A stretch of DNA of 49,628 nucleotides from Gemmatimonadota bacterium. Its GTDB lineage: Bacteria > Gemmatimonadota > Gemmatimonadetes > Gemmatimonadales > GWC2-71-9. This document shows, in pieces, positions 19,610-28,878 of the stretch (position 1 is its first letter; every line of letters begins with the position of its first letter). The stretch covers positions 1-49,628 of the forward strand of contig QHVC01000046.1 in the NCBI GenBank assembly GCA_003222205.1, read 5' to 3'. Below the pieces are notes generated by a model, which saw nothing but the letters and a program-made list of their open reading frames with translations, was not told the DNA's origin and ran no database searches. The position numbers were made by a program, and so were the translations under genes.

Positions 19610-20532
19610 ACGGGGGGGGGGCGGGGGGGGCGGTGGTGACGGTCGGCACCTTCGACGGCGTGCACCGCGGCCACCAGGCGGTGCTGGCGGAGGTCGCCAA
19701 GCGTGCGCGGACGCAGGGGCTCGCGAGCCTGGTCGTGACCTTCGAGCCGCATCCGCTCGAAGTGGTGAACCCGACGGCGGCGCCGAAGCTGCTCACGCTG
19801 CCGGAGGAGAAGTGGGGGCTGCTCGCAGCGCTGGGCGTGAACCGGGTCGAGGTGCTCCCGTTCACGCCCGAGCTGGCGCAGCTGGGCCCCGAAGAATTCG
19901 TGCGGGACGTGCTGCGCGTGCGGTTCGCGATGCGGGAGCTGGTCCTCGGATACGACCACGGCTTCGGGCGCGGGCGCAGCGGCGACGTGGAGGCGGTGCG
20001 GCGACTCGGCGCAGCGGACGGCTTCGCCGTGGACGTCGTGGACGCGGTGCGCGAGGACGGCCAGCCGATTTCCTCGACGCTGATCCGCGCCGCGGTGGCG
20101 CACGGCGAGCTGGAACTCGCCCGGCGCTGGTTGGGGCGGCCGTACAACTGTGCGGGGACGGTCGAGCGGGGAGCGGGCCGGGGCCGGATGATCGGCGTCC
20201 CGACGGCGAACCTCGCGCCGCCCGATCCGCGCAAGCTGTTGCCGCCCGACGGTGTCTACGCCGTGTGGGTAGAACTGCCAGGGAAGGAGGAAGGGGGAAG
20301 AGTGGCGCGGTACGGGGGCATGATGAATCAGGGTCCGCGGCCGACGTTCGGGGTCGCGGCGCGAGGGCTGGAGATTCACCTGTTCGACTTTGCCGGGGAG
20401 CTGCACGGCGAACGGCTGAAGGTGGAGTGGGTGCGCCGGCTGCGGGAAGTGCGGACATTCCCTTCGCGGGAAGCGCTGGTCGCGCAGCTCGAGCGCGACC
20501 GCGCGGCGGCGCTGGCGATCCTCAACGGCTAG
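19606..20532 (+). CDS. ribF: bifunctional riboflavin kinase/FAD synthetase
   Basis: GTFDGVHRGH, TFEPHP, GYDHGFG, ISSTLIR, GVPTANL, GPRPTF and EIHLFDF. Confidence 0.95.
   Translation: MNGGGAGGAVVTVGTFDGVHRGHQAVLAEVAKRARTQGLASLVVTFEPHPLEVVNPTAAPKLLTLPEEKWGLLAALGVNRVEVLPFTPELAQLGPEEFVRDVLRVRFAMRELVLGYDHGFGRGRSGDVEAVRRLGAADGFAVDVVDAVREDGQPISSTLIRAAVAHGELELARRWLGRPYNCAGTVERGAGRGRMIGVPTANLAPPDPRKLLPPDGVYAVWVELPGKEEGGRVARYGGMMNQGPRPTFGVAARGLEIHLFDFAGELHGERLKVEWVRRLREVRTFPSREALVAQLERDRAAALAILNG
19612..19630 (+). repeat. G10-C-G8 homopolymer tract at the ribF 5' end
   Basis: Encodes GGGAGG using only GGG and GCG codons. Confidence 0.9.
20281..20302. repeat. purine heptamer x3, in frame in ribF
   Basis: GGGAAGG AGGAAGG GGGAAGA encodes GKEEGGR between VYAVWVE and YGGMMNQG. 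Confidence 0.55.
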
Positions 20533-20538
20533 GGAGCT

Positions 20539-22158
20539 ATGAGCACAATTCGAGGGCGGTTGATTACCATCGTGGTGCTGCTGGCCTTGAGCGCGTGGGC
20601 GCTCGTGCCCAAGAATCGGACCGAGCGGGTGCCGGACGCCGTCACCGGTCGCATGAAGGACACCACGGTGCGTCGCGTGCCGATTAACCTCGGTCTGGAT
20701 CTGCGCGGCGGCGTGCACCTGGCGCTGGAAGTCGATCAGTCGAAAGGGCCGGTGCCCGACTGCGCCGACGCGATCCAGCGCGCCGAGCGGGTCGTGCGCA
20801 CCCGTATCGACGAGTTCGGCACCACCGAGCCCGTCGTCCAGATCGTGGGCCGCTGCCGCCTGATCGTGGAGCTGCCGGGCGAGAAGGACGTGAACCGCGC
20901 CAAGGGGATCGTGCAGCGCACGGCGTTTCTCGAGTTCCGCATCACGGACATGAATAACGTGTTCCTCGAAGCCATCCCGGCGATCGACGTGGCGTTGCGG
21001 GCCGCGGGTGTGCGCGGCCCCGCCGCCGGCCCGTCCAACGCAGTCGCCCGCCTACTCGGCCAGGACACGACGAAGGCGGCCGGCCGAGCCGACACCTCGA
21101 ACCAGCGGGGCGCGCTCGAGTCGTTTCTCTCCCAGGGTACCCTGGCTGGCGAGTACTTGGTCCGGCCGGAGCAATTCGAGATCGTTGACAGCCTGATCAA
21201 CCGCCCCGAGGTGAAGCGGTTGATCCCGCGAGGCGTCGCTCTGTTTTGGGGTACGCAGCTGGTCCCGCAGCGTGATCGCAGCTACAACGCGCTGTACGCG
21301 GTCGAGGACCGGCCGATCATCACCGGCGAGTGTCTCACCAAAGCCCAGCCGCGGCGCGATCCGCTCACCAATCAATCCGTCGTGGCGTTCACGTTGACGC
21401 ACCGCTGCGGGCGCATCTTCGGGGACGCCACCGCCCGGCACGTCGGCCACTACATGGCGATCATCCTCGACGGGCGCGTGCAGGGGCAGCCGCCGGTCAT
21501 CAAATCGGAGATCCGCAACGAAGGGCAGATCGAGCTCGGCTCGCGCCCGTTCGCCGACGCGCAGGACCTGGCGCTGGTGCTGCGCGCTGGCGCGCTCCCG
21601 GCGCCGCTCACGATCGTCGAAGAGCGCACCATCAGCGCTTCGCTCGGCGAAGACTCAATTCACGCTGGAGTCCGGGCGGGGGTCGTGGGGATCATCCTCG
21701 TCGTGCTGATCATGGTGGGCTACTACCGCCTCTCCGGTGCGCTCGCGGTCGCGGCGCTGGCGCTGTACACGCTGTTCACCTTCGGCGGGCTCGCCGCCTT
21801 CGGCTTCACGCTCACGATGCCGGGGCTCGCGGGGTTCGTGCTCTCGGTCGGGATCGCGGTGGACGCCAACGTGCTGATCTTCGAGCGCATCCGCGAGGAG
21901 CTGCAGCACGGCAAGCTCGTCCGGACCGCGGTGGACGAGGGCTTCAAGCACGCCATGAGCGCCATCATCGACTCCAACGTCTCCACGGCGCTCACCGCGT
22001 TCATCCTGTACCTCGTCGGCACCGGGCCGGTGCAGGGCTTCGCCATCACGCTGATCATCGGCATCGCGGCCTCGATGGTGACGGCCGTTTACGTCGTGCG
22101 CACCTTCTACATGGTCTGGCTGCAGCGCCGGCCGGACCTCGTCACCCTGAGCGTCTGA
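20539..22158 (+). CDS. secD: protein translocase subunit SecD
   Basis: LGLDLRGGV, RIDEFG, LRAGALPAP, GIAVDANVLIFERIREE and IIDSNVST. Confidence 0.96.
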   Translation: MSTIRGRLITIVVLLALSAWALVPKNRTERVPDAVTGRMKDTTVRRVPINLGLDLRGGVHLALEVDQSKGPVPDCADAIQRAERVVRTRIDEFGTTEPVVQIVGRCRLIVELPGEKDVNRAKGIVQRTAFLEFRITDMNNVFLEAIPAIDVALRAAGVRGPAAGPSNAVARLLGQDTTKAAGRADTSNQRGALESFLSQGTLAGEYLVRPEQFEIVDSLINRPEVKRLIPRGVALFWGTQLVPQRDRSYNALYAVEDRPIITGECLTKAQPRRDPLTNQSVVAFTLTHRCGRIFGDATARHVGHYMAIILDGRVQGQPPVIKSEIRNEGQIELGSRPFADAQDLALVLRAGALPAPLTIVEERTISASLGEDSIHAGVRAGVVGIILVVLIMVGYYRLSGALAVAALALYTLFTFGGLAAFGFTLTMPGLAGFVLSVGIAVDANVLIFERIREELQHGKLVRTAVDEGFKHAMSAIIDSNVSTALTAFILYLVGTGPVQGFAITLIIGIAASMVTAVYVVRTFYMVWLQRRPDLVTLSV

Positions 22159-23159
22159 TGCTGCGACTCTTCGCCAACGCGAACTACGACTTCATCAAGT
22201 GGCGCCGCTTCGCCTACGGGCTCACGGCGATCATGATCGTCCCCGGGCTCGTGATGCTGCTCGCCACTCGCCTCAACTACAGTATCGAGTTCACCGGGGG
22301 GACGCTGCTCCAGATCGCCACCCCCAAGGCCAAGCCCGTCACGACGGCCGACCTGCGCGCAGCACTGGACGCCGGGGGCCTGCACGGCGCCGAGATTCAA
22401 CAGTACGGCGCCGATACCGCGTTCGTGATCCGGGCGCGACTCGGCACGCAGGCGCAGGCGCCCGGAGGCGGAACGGAGGAGACCGCGCAGGCGGTGGCGC
22501 GCGCGCTCGACGCCCGGCTGGGGGCGGGCCAGTACACGATCGTCCACCACGAGGCAGTCGGACCCAAGGTGGGGAAGGAGCTGCAGGGCAAGGCGTTCCT
22601 CGCCATCTTCTTCTCCTTCATCGTCACACTGGTGTACCTCGCGATCCGCTTCGAGTGGCGCTTCGGCCTCGCGGCGGTGCTGGCGACGTTCCACGACATC
22701 CTCACTACGGTCGCGTTCATCAAGTACTTGAACCTCGAGGTGAGCCTCGTCGTGGTCGGCGCCGTGCTCACGATCGTGGGCTATTCGCTCAACGACACCA
22801 TCATCATCTTCGACCGCGTGCGCGAGAACCTGCGCAAGTACCGGCGGCAGAACCTCTACGAAATCCTGAACCTCTCGATCAACGAAACGCTGCCGCGCTC
22901 GATCCTGACGCACGGGACCACGATGGCCACGACGCTGGCGCTGGTGTTCCTCGCCGGCGAGGTGATCCGGCCGTTCGCCCTCGTGATGACGTTCGGCATC
23001 TTCACGGGCACCTTCTCGTCGATCTACATCGCGGCGCCGGTGCTGATGCTCATCGAGAAGCGGTGGCCGGGGCAGGACGCGCGCGGCGCCCGGGCGTTCA
23101 CCGGACGCGCCCCGGAGCCGGCGGTGCCGGCGATCCCGCGGGCGCCAGCCAAGGTCTGA
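22158..23159 (+). CDS. secF: protein translocase subunit SecF
   Basis: SIEFTGGT, VGPKVGKEL, IRFEWRF, GYSLNDTIIIFDRVREN and GTFSSIYIA. Confidence 0.96.
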   Translation: MLRLFANANYDFIKWRRFAYGLTAIMIVPGLVMLLATRLNYSIEFTGGTLLQIATPKAKPVTTADLRAALDAGGLHGAEIQQYGADTAFVIRARLGTQAQAPGGGTEETAQAVARALDARLGAGQYTIVHHEAVGPKVGKELQGKAFLAIFFSFIVTLVYLAIRFEWRFGLAAVLATFHDILTTVAFIKYLNLEVSLVVVGAVLTIVGYSLNDTIIIFDRVRENLRKYRRQNLYEILNLSINETLPRSILTHGTTMATTLALVFLAGEVIRPFALVMTFGIFTGTFSSIYIAAPVLMLIEKRWPGQDARGARAFTGRAPEPAVPAIPRAPAKV

Positions 23160-23160
23160 C

Positions 23161-23958
23161 GTGCTCGTCGACGCCCACTGCCACCTGGGGGACGGGGCGT
23201 TCGACGCAGACCGCGACGCTGCGCTCGCGCGCGCGAAGGCGGCTGGCGTGGGTCATGTGGTCGTAATCGGGGAGTCCGTCGCAGGCAGCGCCCGCGCGCT
23301 CGAGCTGGCCCGGGAGGCGCCGGGACTGTCGGCTACCGCCGGCGTGCATCCCCACGAGGCGAAAACCTGGTCGCGGGAGGCCGAGGGACGCGTGCGCGCG
23401 CTGTGCCGGGAGGAGGCCGTCGTCGCCGTGGGGGAGACGGGCCTCGACTACCACTATGATCACTCACCTCGGGACGCCCAGCGGCACGCCTTCGAAGCCC
23501 AGCTCGCCCTCGCGGTGGAGCTCGCCAAGCCGGTCGTCGTCCACGCGCGCGAGGCGGACGCAGACGTCGCCGCGCTGCTGCGGGCCTGGGGGGCTAGGAT
23601 TCCCGCGATCATCCTCCACTCGTTCAGCGGCAGTCGGACCGTGTTCGACGCCGGGATGGAGCTGGGCGCCTACTTCTCGTTTAGTGGAATGATCACCTTC
23701 AAGAGCTGGAACCCCGTGGTCCGCCCGTCCGCCTGTCCGCCCGACCGCCTCCTCGTCGAGACCGACGCGCCGTTCCTCGCGCCCGTGCCGCACCGCGGCC
23801 GGCGCAACGAGCCGGCCTACGTCCGCGAGGTCGCGGCGGCGCTGGCGCAGGCGCTCGGCGACTCTCCCGAAGCCATCGGACAACTGACGACTGAAAACGC
23901 TCAGCGGGCGTTCGGCGCCCGCCTCTCGTCCGCGCTTGAGGAGCACCCCGTCACGTGA
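23161..23958 (+). CDS. tatD: TatD family metal-dependent hydrolase
   Basis: DAHCHL, GVHPH, VGETGLDY, VHAREA, LVETDAPFLAP and RNEP. Confidence 0.93.
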   Translation: MLVDAHCHLGDGAFDADRDAALARAKAAGVGHVVVIGESVAGSARALELAREAPGLSATAGVHPHEAKTWSREAEGRVRALCREEAVVAVGETGLDYHYDHSPRDAQRHAFEAQLALAVELAKPVVVHAREADADVAALLRAWGARIPAIILHSFSGSRTVFDAGMELGAYFSFSGMITFKSWNPVVRPSACPPDRLLVETDAPFLAPVPHRGRRNEPAYVREVAAALAQALGDSPEAIGQLTTENAQRAFGARLSSALEEHPVT

Positions 23959-25637
23959 CCAGCGCCCTCAAGGTCCCGACCGACATCGAGATCGCGCAGG
24001 GTGCGAAACTGCGCCCCATCGCCGACGTTGCCGCCGATCTGGGCCTGTCCGACGACGATTTCGAGCTGTACGGGAAGTACAAGGCGAAGATCCGGCTGTC
24101 CGTGTTGGAGCGCCGCCCGCCGAAGGGGCGTCTCGTCCTCGTCACCGGCATCAACCCCACGCCGGCGGGAGAGGGCAAGTCGACGGTGACGGTGGGGCTG
24201 ACGCAGGCCCTGAAGCGCCTCGGCAAGAACGCGATCCTCTGTATCCGGGAGCCGAGCCTCGGGCCGGTGTTCGGCGTTAAGGGCGGCGCGGCGGGCGGGG
24301 GGTACTCGCAGGTGGTGCCGATGGAGGACATCAACCTCCATTTCACCGGCGACTTCCACGCGATCGCGAGCGCGCATAACCTGCTGTCGGCGATGCTCGA
24401 TGCGCACCTGCACCACGGCAATGCGCTGGGCCTGGACGTGCGCCGCATCATCTGGCCGCGCACCATCGACATGAACGACCGCGCCCTGCGCAACGTCATC
24501 GTCGGGCTGGGGGGGCTGAACGCCGGGCCGACGCGCGAGGAGCGGTACGTCATCATCCCGGGCTCCGAAGTGATGGCGATCCTGGCCCTGGCCTCCGGGC
24601 TCGAGGATCTGGAGGCCCGACTCGGCCGGATCATCGTGGGGCTCGCCGCCGACAAGAAACCGGTGCGCGCCGGTGATCTGAAGGCGCAGGGCGCCATGAC
24701 GCTGCTCCTCAAGGACGCGCTGAACCCGAACCTCGTGCAGACGCTGGAGGGGGGACCGGCGCTCGTGCACGGGGGGCCCTTCGGCAACATCGCGCACGGG
24801 TGCAACTCGGTCGCCGCGACCCGCATGGGTCTCGCGCTTGCAGACCTGGTGGTGACGGAATCGGGCTTCGGCGCGGACCTGGGCGCCGAGAAGTTCTTCG
24901 ACATCAAGTGCCGCATGGCGGGCTTGAAGCCGGAGGCTGCGATCATCGTGGTCACGGTGCGGGCGTTGAAGATGCACGGCGGGGTGAAGAAGGAAGACCT
25001 CGGCAAAGCGGACGTCGAGGCGGTCAAGCGCGGGGCCGTGAACCTCCAGCGCCACATCCGCAACGTCAAGAAGTTCGGGCTGCCGTGTCTCGTGGCGGTC
25101 AATCACTTCCTCAACGACACGGATGCCGAAGTCGACGCCGTGACCGCCGCGTGCGCGGCGGAGGCAGCCCAGGCCGTGCGCAGCGACGTGTGGGAGAAAG
25201 GCGGGGAGGGGGGGCTCGCGCTCGCCGAAGCGCTGCTCCGCCTGCTCGAAACCTCGAAGGCGGCGTTCCGGCTGCTGTACGACGAGAAGCGCGCGGTGAG
25301 GGAGAAGATCGAGACGATCGCCAAAGAGATCTACGGCGCCGAGGGCGTGCAGTTCTCGCATGCGGCGGAGCGGGCGCTGGAGCTCCTGCCCAAACTCGGC
25401 CTGGGCGAGACGCCGGTGTGCATGGCCAAGACCCAGTACTCCTTCTCCGACGATCCCACGAAGCTCGGCGCGCCGAGCGGGTACACCCTCCACGTCCGGG
25501 ACATCCTGCCCGCGGCCGGCGCGGGGTTCGTCGTGGCGCTGGCGGGCGATATCCTGACGATGCCGGGCCTCGGCAAGAGTCCGGCGGCGGAGCGGATGCG
25601 CATCCATCCGGACGGCACGATCGAGGGGTTGTTCTAA
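23955..25637 (+). CDS. fhs: formate--tetrahydrofolate ligase
   Basis: PTPAGEGKST, REPSLGP.FG.KGGAAGGG, HFTGDFHA, GPFGNIAHGCNS, GAEKFFDIK and TMPGL. Confidence 0.97.
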   Translation: MTSALKVPTDIEIAQGAKLRPIADVAADLGLSDDDFELYGKYKAKIRLSVLERRPPKGRLVLVTGINPTPAGEGKSTVTVGLTQALKRLGKNAILCIREPSLGPVFGVKGGAAGGGYSQVVPMEDINLHFTGDFHAIASAHNLLSAMLDAHLHHGNALGLDVRRIIWPRTIDMNDRALRNVIVGLGGLNAGPTREERYVIIPGSEVMAILALASGLEDLEARLGRIIVGLAADKKPVRAGDLKAQGAMTLLLKDALNPNLVQTLEGGPALVHGGPFGNIAHGCNSVAATRMGLALADLVVTESGFGADLGAEKFFDIKCRMAGLKPEAAIIVVTVRALKMHGGVKKEDLGKADVEAVKRGAVNLQRHIRNVKKFGLPCLVAVNHFLNDTDAEVDAVTAACAAEAAQAVRSDVWEKGGEGGLALAEALLRLLETSKAAFRLLYDEKRAVREKIETIAKEIYGAEGVQFSHAAERALELLPKLGLGETPVCMAKTQYSFSDDPTKLGAPSGYTLHVRDILPAAGAGFVVALAGDILTMPGLGKSPAAERMRIHPDGTIEGLF

Positions 25638-26032
25638 TGAAGAAGCCGAAAGGCGTCGGAGTGGTCGCGACTGACCAGGCCCCCAAAGCCATCGGGCCCT
25701 ACAGCCAGGCCGTCGAGGTGAACGGGGTGATCTACACGGCGGGGCAGGTCGCCCTCGATCCCAAGAATGGGGGCCTGGTCGGCACGACGGCGGCCGAGCA
25801 GACCGAGCAGGTCCTCAAGAACCTCGCGGCCGTGCTGGGCGCGGCGGGGGCGAGCCTGCAGGACGTCGTGAAGACGACCGTGTACTTGGCCGACATGGGC
25901 GACTTCGCCGCGATGAACGAGGTGTACGCGAAGTATTTCGGGAAGCACAAGCCGGCGCGCTCGACGGTGCAGGCGGCCCGGCTGCCCCGGGACGCGCGGG
26001 TGGAGATCGACGCGATCGCGGTGAAGGCGTAG
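25637..26032 (+). CDS. ridA: RidA/YjgF/UK114 enamine deaminase
   Basis: APKAIGPYSQA, GQVALDP, VVKTTVYL, NEVY, PARSTV, LP and VEIDAIA. Confidence 0.92.
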   Translation: MKKPKGVGVVATDQAPKAIGPYSQAVEVNGVIYTAGQVALDPKNGGLVGTTAAEQTEQVLKNLAAVLGAAGASLQDVVKTTVYLADMGDFAAMNEVYAKYFGKHKPARSTVQAARLPRDARVEIDAIAVKA

Positions 26033-26035
26033 CGC

Positions 26036-26129
26036 GGGGGCGGATCGGGCCTGGTGGCCTGACTGGTCTTCAAAACCAGCTGGGGTTCGAATGAGCCTCG
26101 GTAGGTTCGATTCCTACACGCTCCCGCCA
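26036..26129 (+). tRNA. selC: tRNA-Sec (anticodon UCA)
   Basis: 94 nt: 8-position acceptor arm, 6-bp D stem with 4-nt loop (CGGGCC-TGGT-GGCCTG), anticodon arm CTGGT-CTTCAAA-ACCAG, long variable arm, T arm GTAGG-TTCGATT-CCTAC, G73 and encoded CCA. Confidence 0.95.
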
Positions 26130-26134
26130 CGCCC

Positions 26135-26170
26135 TGCCGCAAATGCGGCGTGCGGTGCCGCAAAATCGCC
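26135..26170. promoter_or_regulatory. tandem operator-like motif TGCCGCAAA x2, 21 bp apart
   Basis: TGCCGCAAATGCGGC at 26135 (palindromic) and TGCCGCAAAATCGCC at 26156, upstream of the hybrid kinase. Confidence 0.4.
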
Positions 26171-26208
26171 CTATCTCTGCGCCTCCCGCGGCCCCATCAT
26201 AGAAGGAT

Positions 26209-28851
26209 ATGCGCCTCCCGCCGCTCTCCATCCGGGTCAAGCTGCCGCTGCTCATCTGCGCCTTGGTGCTCGCGGTGGCCGGCTCGTTCACGTGGGCGGC
26301 CTATCGCGGTGTGAGCGAGGCGGTCGTGGTCACGGCGAGCGACCGCCTGGGGAGCGTCACCACCCAGATCGCCGGCCTGCTGCAAACCTCCGCGACCCAG
26401 CTCCTCGCCAACGCGCGCGCCGTGGCCGACAGCCCGGCGGTCCGGGCGTATCTGCGGGCCCCCGCGCCCCGGATGCGCGCGGCGGCCCTCGCGGCGATGC
26501 GGCCGGTGGGCCCAGCGGCTCAGCAGATCGCCGACGTCGAGCTCGTCAGCACCGGTGGCGCGCGCCTGCTCTCGCTCACCGACAGCGCGTCCCACGGCAC
26601 CCCTGCCGTCAACCCCGAGATGGTGCTGGCCGGCAGCCGGTCGGACTCCGGGGTGATCCGGCCGTTCGAGATCGTGCGCGATTCGCTGCGATACGCCGTG
26701 ACGGCACCGGTCAAGGAGGGCGGCCGCATCCTGGGGTATCTCGTCCAGTGGCGCCACCTGACGAGCTCGGCGCGCGGGCGAGGGCAGCTCAATCAATTGA
26801 TCGGCCCCGGCGCGAGGCTCTATGTGACGAACTCGTCGGGGGACCTGTGGACGGACCTGGCGGCTCGCGTCCCCCCGCCATCGCCGCCCCTCGATCTGCA
26901 GCGCGCCGCCGCCGGCGTGGTTCGGTACGAGCGTCCGGGGCTGGGCGAAGTACTCGCGACCGCGCGGGCGGTGCGCGGGGCCCCGTGGGCCGTCGTGGTC
27001 GAGTTTCCGCGCAAGGTGGTCTTGGCCCCGGCACGACTGTTCCTGCGCAGCCAGGTGTTCAGAATCGGAGCCGTGCTGCTCGTCGGCCTCCTCGCCGCGT
27101 GGGGGCTGAGCGGCACCATTACCCCCCGGCTGCGGCGGCTCACGGACGCCGCCGAAGCGGTCGCCGCTGGTGACTACTCGCGGCAGGTGCGCGTGGAGCG
27201 GCGCGACGAGCTGGGGCGGCTGGCCGGAGCGTTCAACGTCATGGCGCACAACGTCCAGGAGTCGCAACAGCACCTCGAAGCCCAGGTGCGCGAGCTGCAG
27301 GCCACGCGCTCGCGGCTCGAGCAGCTCGTCAACGCCAGCGACGCCATGATCTACGCCAGCCGCGTCGCTGGAGAGGCCACCGTTCCCGTCTACGTGAGCG
27401 AGAACATCACCCGCCTCACCGGCTACGAAGTGCAGGAGGTGCTGCGCCCGGATTGGTTGCGCGACATCGTGCACCCGGAGGACCGGGAGCGGATCCGTGG
27501 GGAGTTAGGGGAACAGTTCGCCACGGGGCAGTTCACCATCGAGTACCGCTTCCGGCATAAGGACGGCTCGTACCGCTGGATCCTGGACGAGGGCCGCGTG
27601 CGCCACGACGCCACGGGGCACGCCGTGGAGGTGGTGGGCGCCTGGATCGACATCACCGAGCGCAAGCGGCTCGAGACCCAGCTGCGCCAGGCCCAGAAGA
27701 TGGAAGCGATCGGGCAGCTCGCTGGCGGCGTCGCCCACGATTTCAACAACGTGCTCACCGCCATCGCCGGCAACGCCGAACTGCTCCAGGAGGGCTTCGC
27801 CGACGGCGACCCCAAACGGGAGACGGTCGAAGAGATCCGCACGGCGGCGAGCCGCGCCGAATCGCTCACGCGCCAGCTGCTGGCGTTCAGCCGGCAGCAG
27901 ATCATGCAGCCGAAAGTCCTGAAGCTGAACCGCGTCGTCGCGGGGATGGAGAAAATGTTGCGGCGCCTCATCGGCGAGGACATCGACTTGGTGTGCGTGC
28001 TCCCGAATGACGTGGGGCAGGTCGTTGCGGACCCGAGCCAGATCGAGCAGGTGATTTTGAACCTCGCCGTCAATGCCCGCGACGCGATGCCCACGGGCGG
28101 CAAACTCACCATCGAGACGGGGAACGCGGAGTTCGACGCCATCTACGCGCGCGCGCACCCGCCTGCGGTCCCGGGCCGGTTCGTGATGATCGCCGTCAGC
28201 GACTCCGGGTCGGGCATGTCGCCGGAAGTGCAGGCGCGCGTGTTCGAGCCGTTCTTCACCACCAAGGCGCCGGGCAAAGGGACGGGCCTGGGGCTCGCCA
28301 CCGTGTACGGCATTGTGAAACAGAGCGGCGGGTTCATCTGGGTCTACAGCGAGCCGGGACAGGGGACGACCTTCAAAATCTACCTGGGGCGGGCGGCGGA
28401 CGACCAGCGCCCTGAGACGGTGTCCACGGCCGTCGCCGAGGTGCGCGGCGGGGACGAAGTGATTCTCCTCGTCGAGGACGAGGCCGCGGTGCGGCGCGTC
28501 GCGCTCCACGCCTTGCAGCGCTACGGGTACACGGTGCTCGAGGCGGCACTGCCGTCCGAGGCGTTGACGATTTGTCGGGAGCACACCGGCAAGATCGATC
28601 TGGTCGTGACGGATGTCGTCATGCCGGGCATGAGCGGCCCCGACCTCGCCCAGCAGCTCCTGGCCCTGCGCCCGGCGCTCAAAGTGCTGTTGAGCTCCGG
28701 CTACCCCGGTGAAGCCATCGCCCACCGCGGGGAGCTGTTCTCCGGCTTAGCATTCCTCCCGAAGCCGTTCACTCCGACCGGGCTGGCGCGCAAGGTGCGC
28801 GAAGTGCTCGATGCGCCCGCGCCGCAGGCGCACCGTCCCCCCGCGCATTAA
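26209..28851 (+). CDS. hybrid sensor histidine kinase (TM-Cache-like-TM-HAMP-PAS-HisKA-HATPase-REC)
   Basis: RDELGRLAGAFN (HAMP), VHPEDR and YRFRHKDGSYRW (PAS), QAQKMEAIGQLAGGVAHDFNN, NARDAMP, FEPFFTTK..GKGTGLGL, and receiver LLVEDE, TDVVMP, KPF. Confidence 0.95.
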   Translation: MRLPPLSIRVKLPLLICALVLAVAGSFTWAAYRGVSEAVVVTASDRLGSVTTQIAGLLQTSATQLLANARAVADSPAVRAYLRAPAPRMRAAALAAMRPVGPAAQQIADVELVSTGGARLLSLTDSASHGTPAVNPEMVLAGSRSDSGVIRPFEIVRDSLRYAVTAPVKEGGRILGYLVQWRHLTSSARGRGQLNQLIGPGARLYVTNSSGDLWTDLAARVPPPSPPLDLQRAAAGVVRYERPGLGEVLATARAVRGAPWAVVVEFPRKVVLAPARLFLRSQVFRIGAVLLVGLLAAWGLSGTITPRLRRLTDAAEAVAAGDYSRQVRVERRDELGRLAGAFNVMAHNVQESQQHLEAQVRELQATRSRLEQLVNASDAMIYASRVAGEATVPVYVSENITRLTGYEVQEVLRPDWLRDIVHPEDRERIRGELGEQFATGQFTIEYRFRHKDGSYRWILDEGRVRHDATGHAVEVVGAWIDITERKRLETQLRQAQKMEAIGQLAGGVAHDFNNVLTAIAGNAELLQEGFADGDPKRETVEEIRTAASRAESLTRQLLAFSRQQIMQPKVLKLNRVVAGMEKMLRRLIGEDIDLVCVLPNDVGQVVADPSQIEQVILNLAVNARDAMPTGGKLTIETGNAEFDAIYARAHPPAVPGRFVMIAVSDSGSGMSPEVQARVFEPFFTTKAPGKGTGLGLATVYGIVKQSGGFIWVYSEPGQGTTFKIYLGRAADDQRPETVSTAVAEVRGGDEVILLVEDEAAVRRVALHALQRYGYTVLEAALPSEALTICREHTGKIDLVVTDVVMPGMSGPDLAQQLLALRPALKVLLSSGYPGEAIAHRGELFSGLAFLPKPFTPTGLARKVREVLDAPAPQAHRPPAH

Positions 28852-28878
28852 GTTGGCTGCTCGTCCGAGAGGGTGTAC

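Noticed and set aside
23881-23898. AACTGAC GACTGAA heptamer-like pair in tatD
   Set aside because: It encodes the conserved TatD TTENA motif and has only two units.
26036-26129. G7-A66 mismatch suggesting an allo-tRNA or recoded tRNA-Sec
   Set aside because: The anticodon is the canonical UCA and the 8/5 fold, D arm and G73 are standard. One mismatch is not enough.
26130-28878. Genomic island integrated at selC
   Set aside because: There is no integrase and I found no duplicated tRNA 3' end after the kinase. Composition resembles the flanks.
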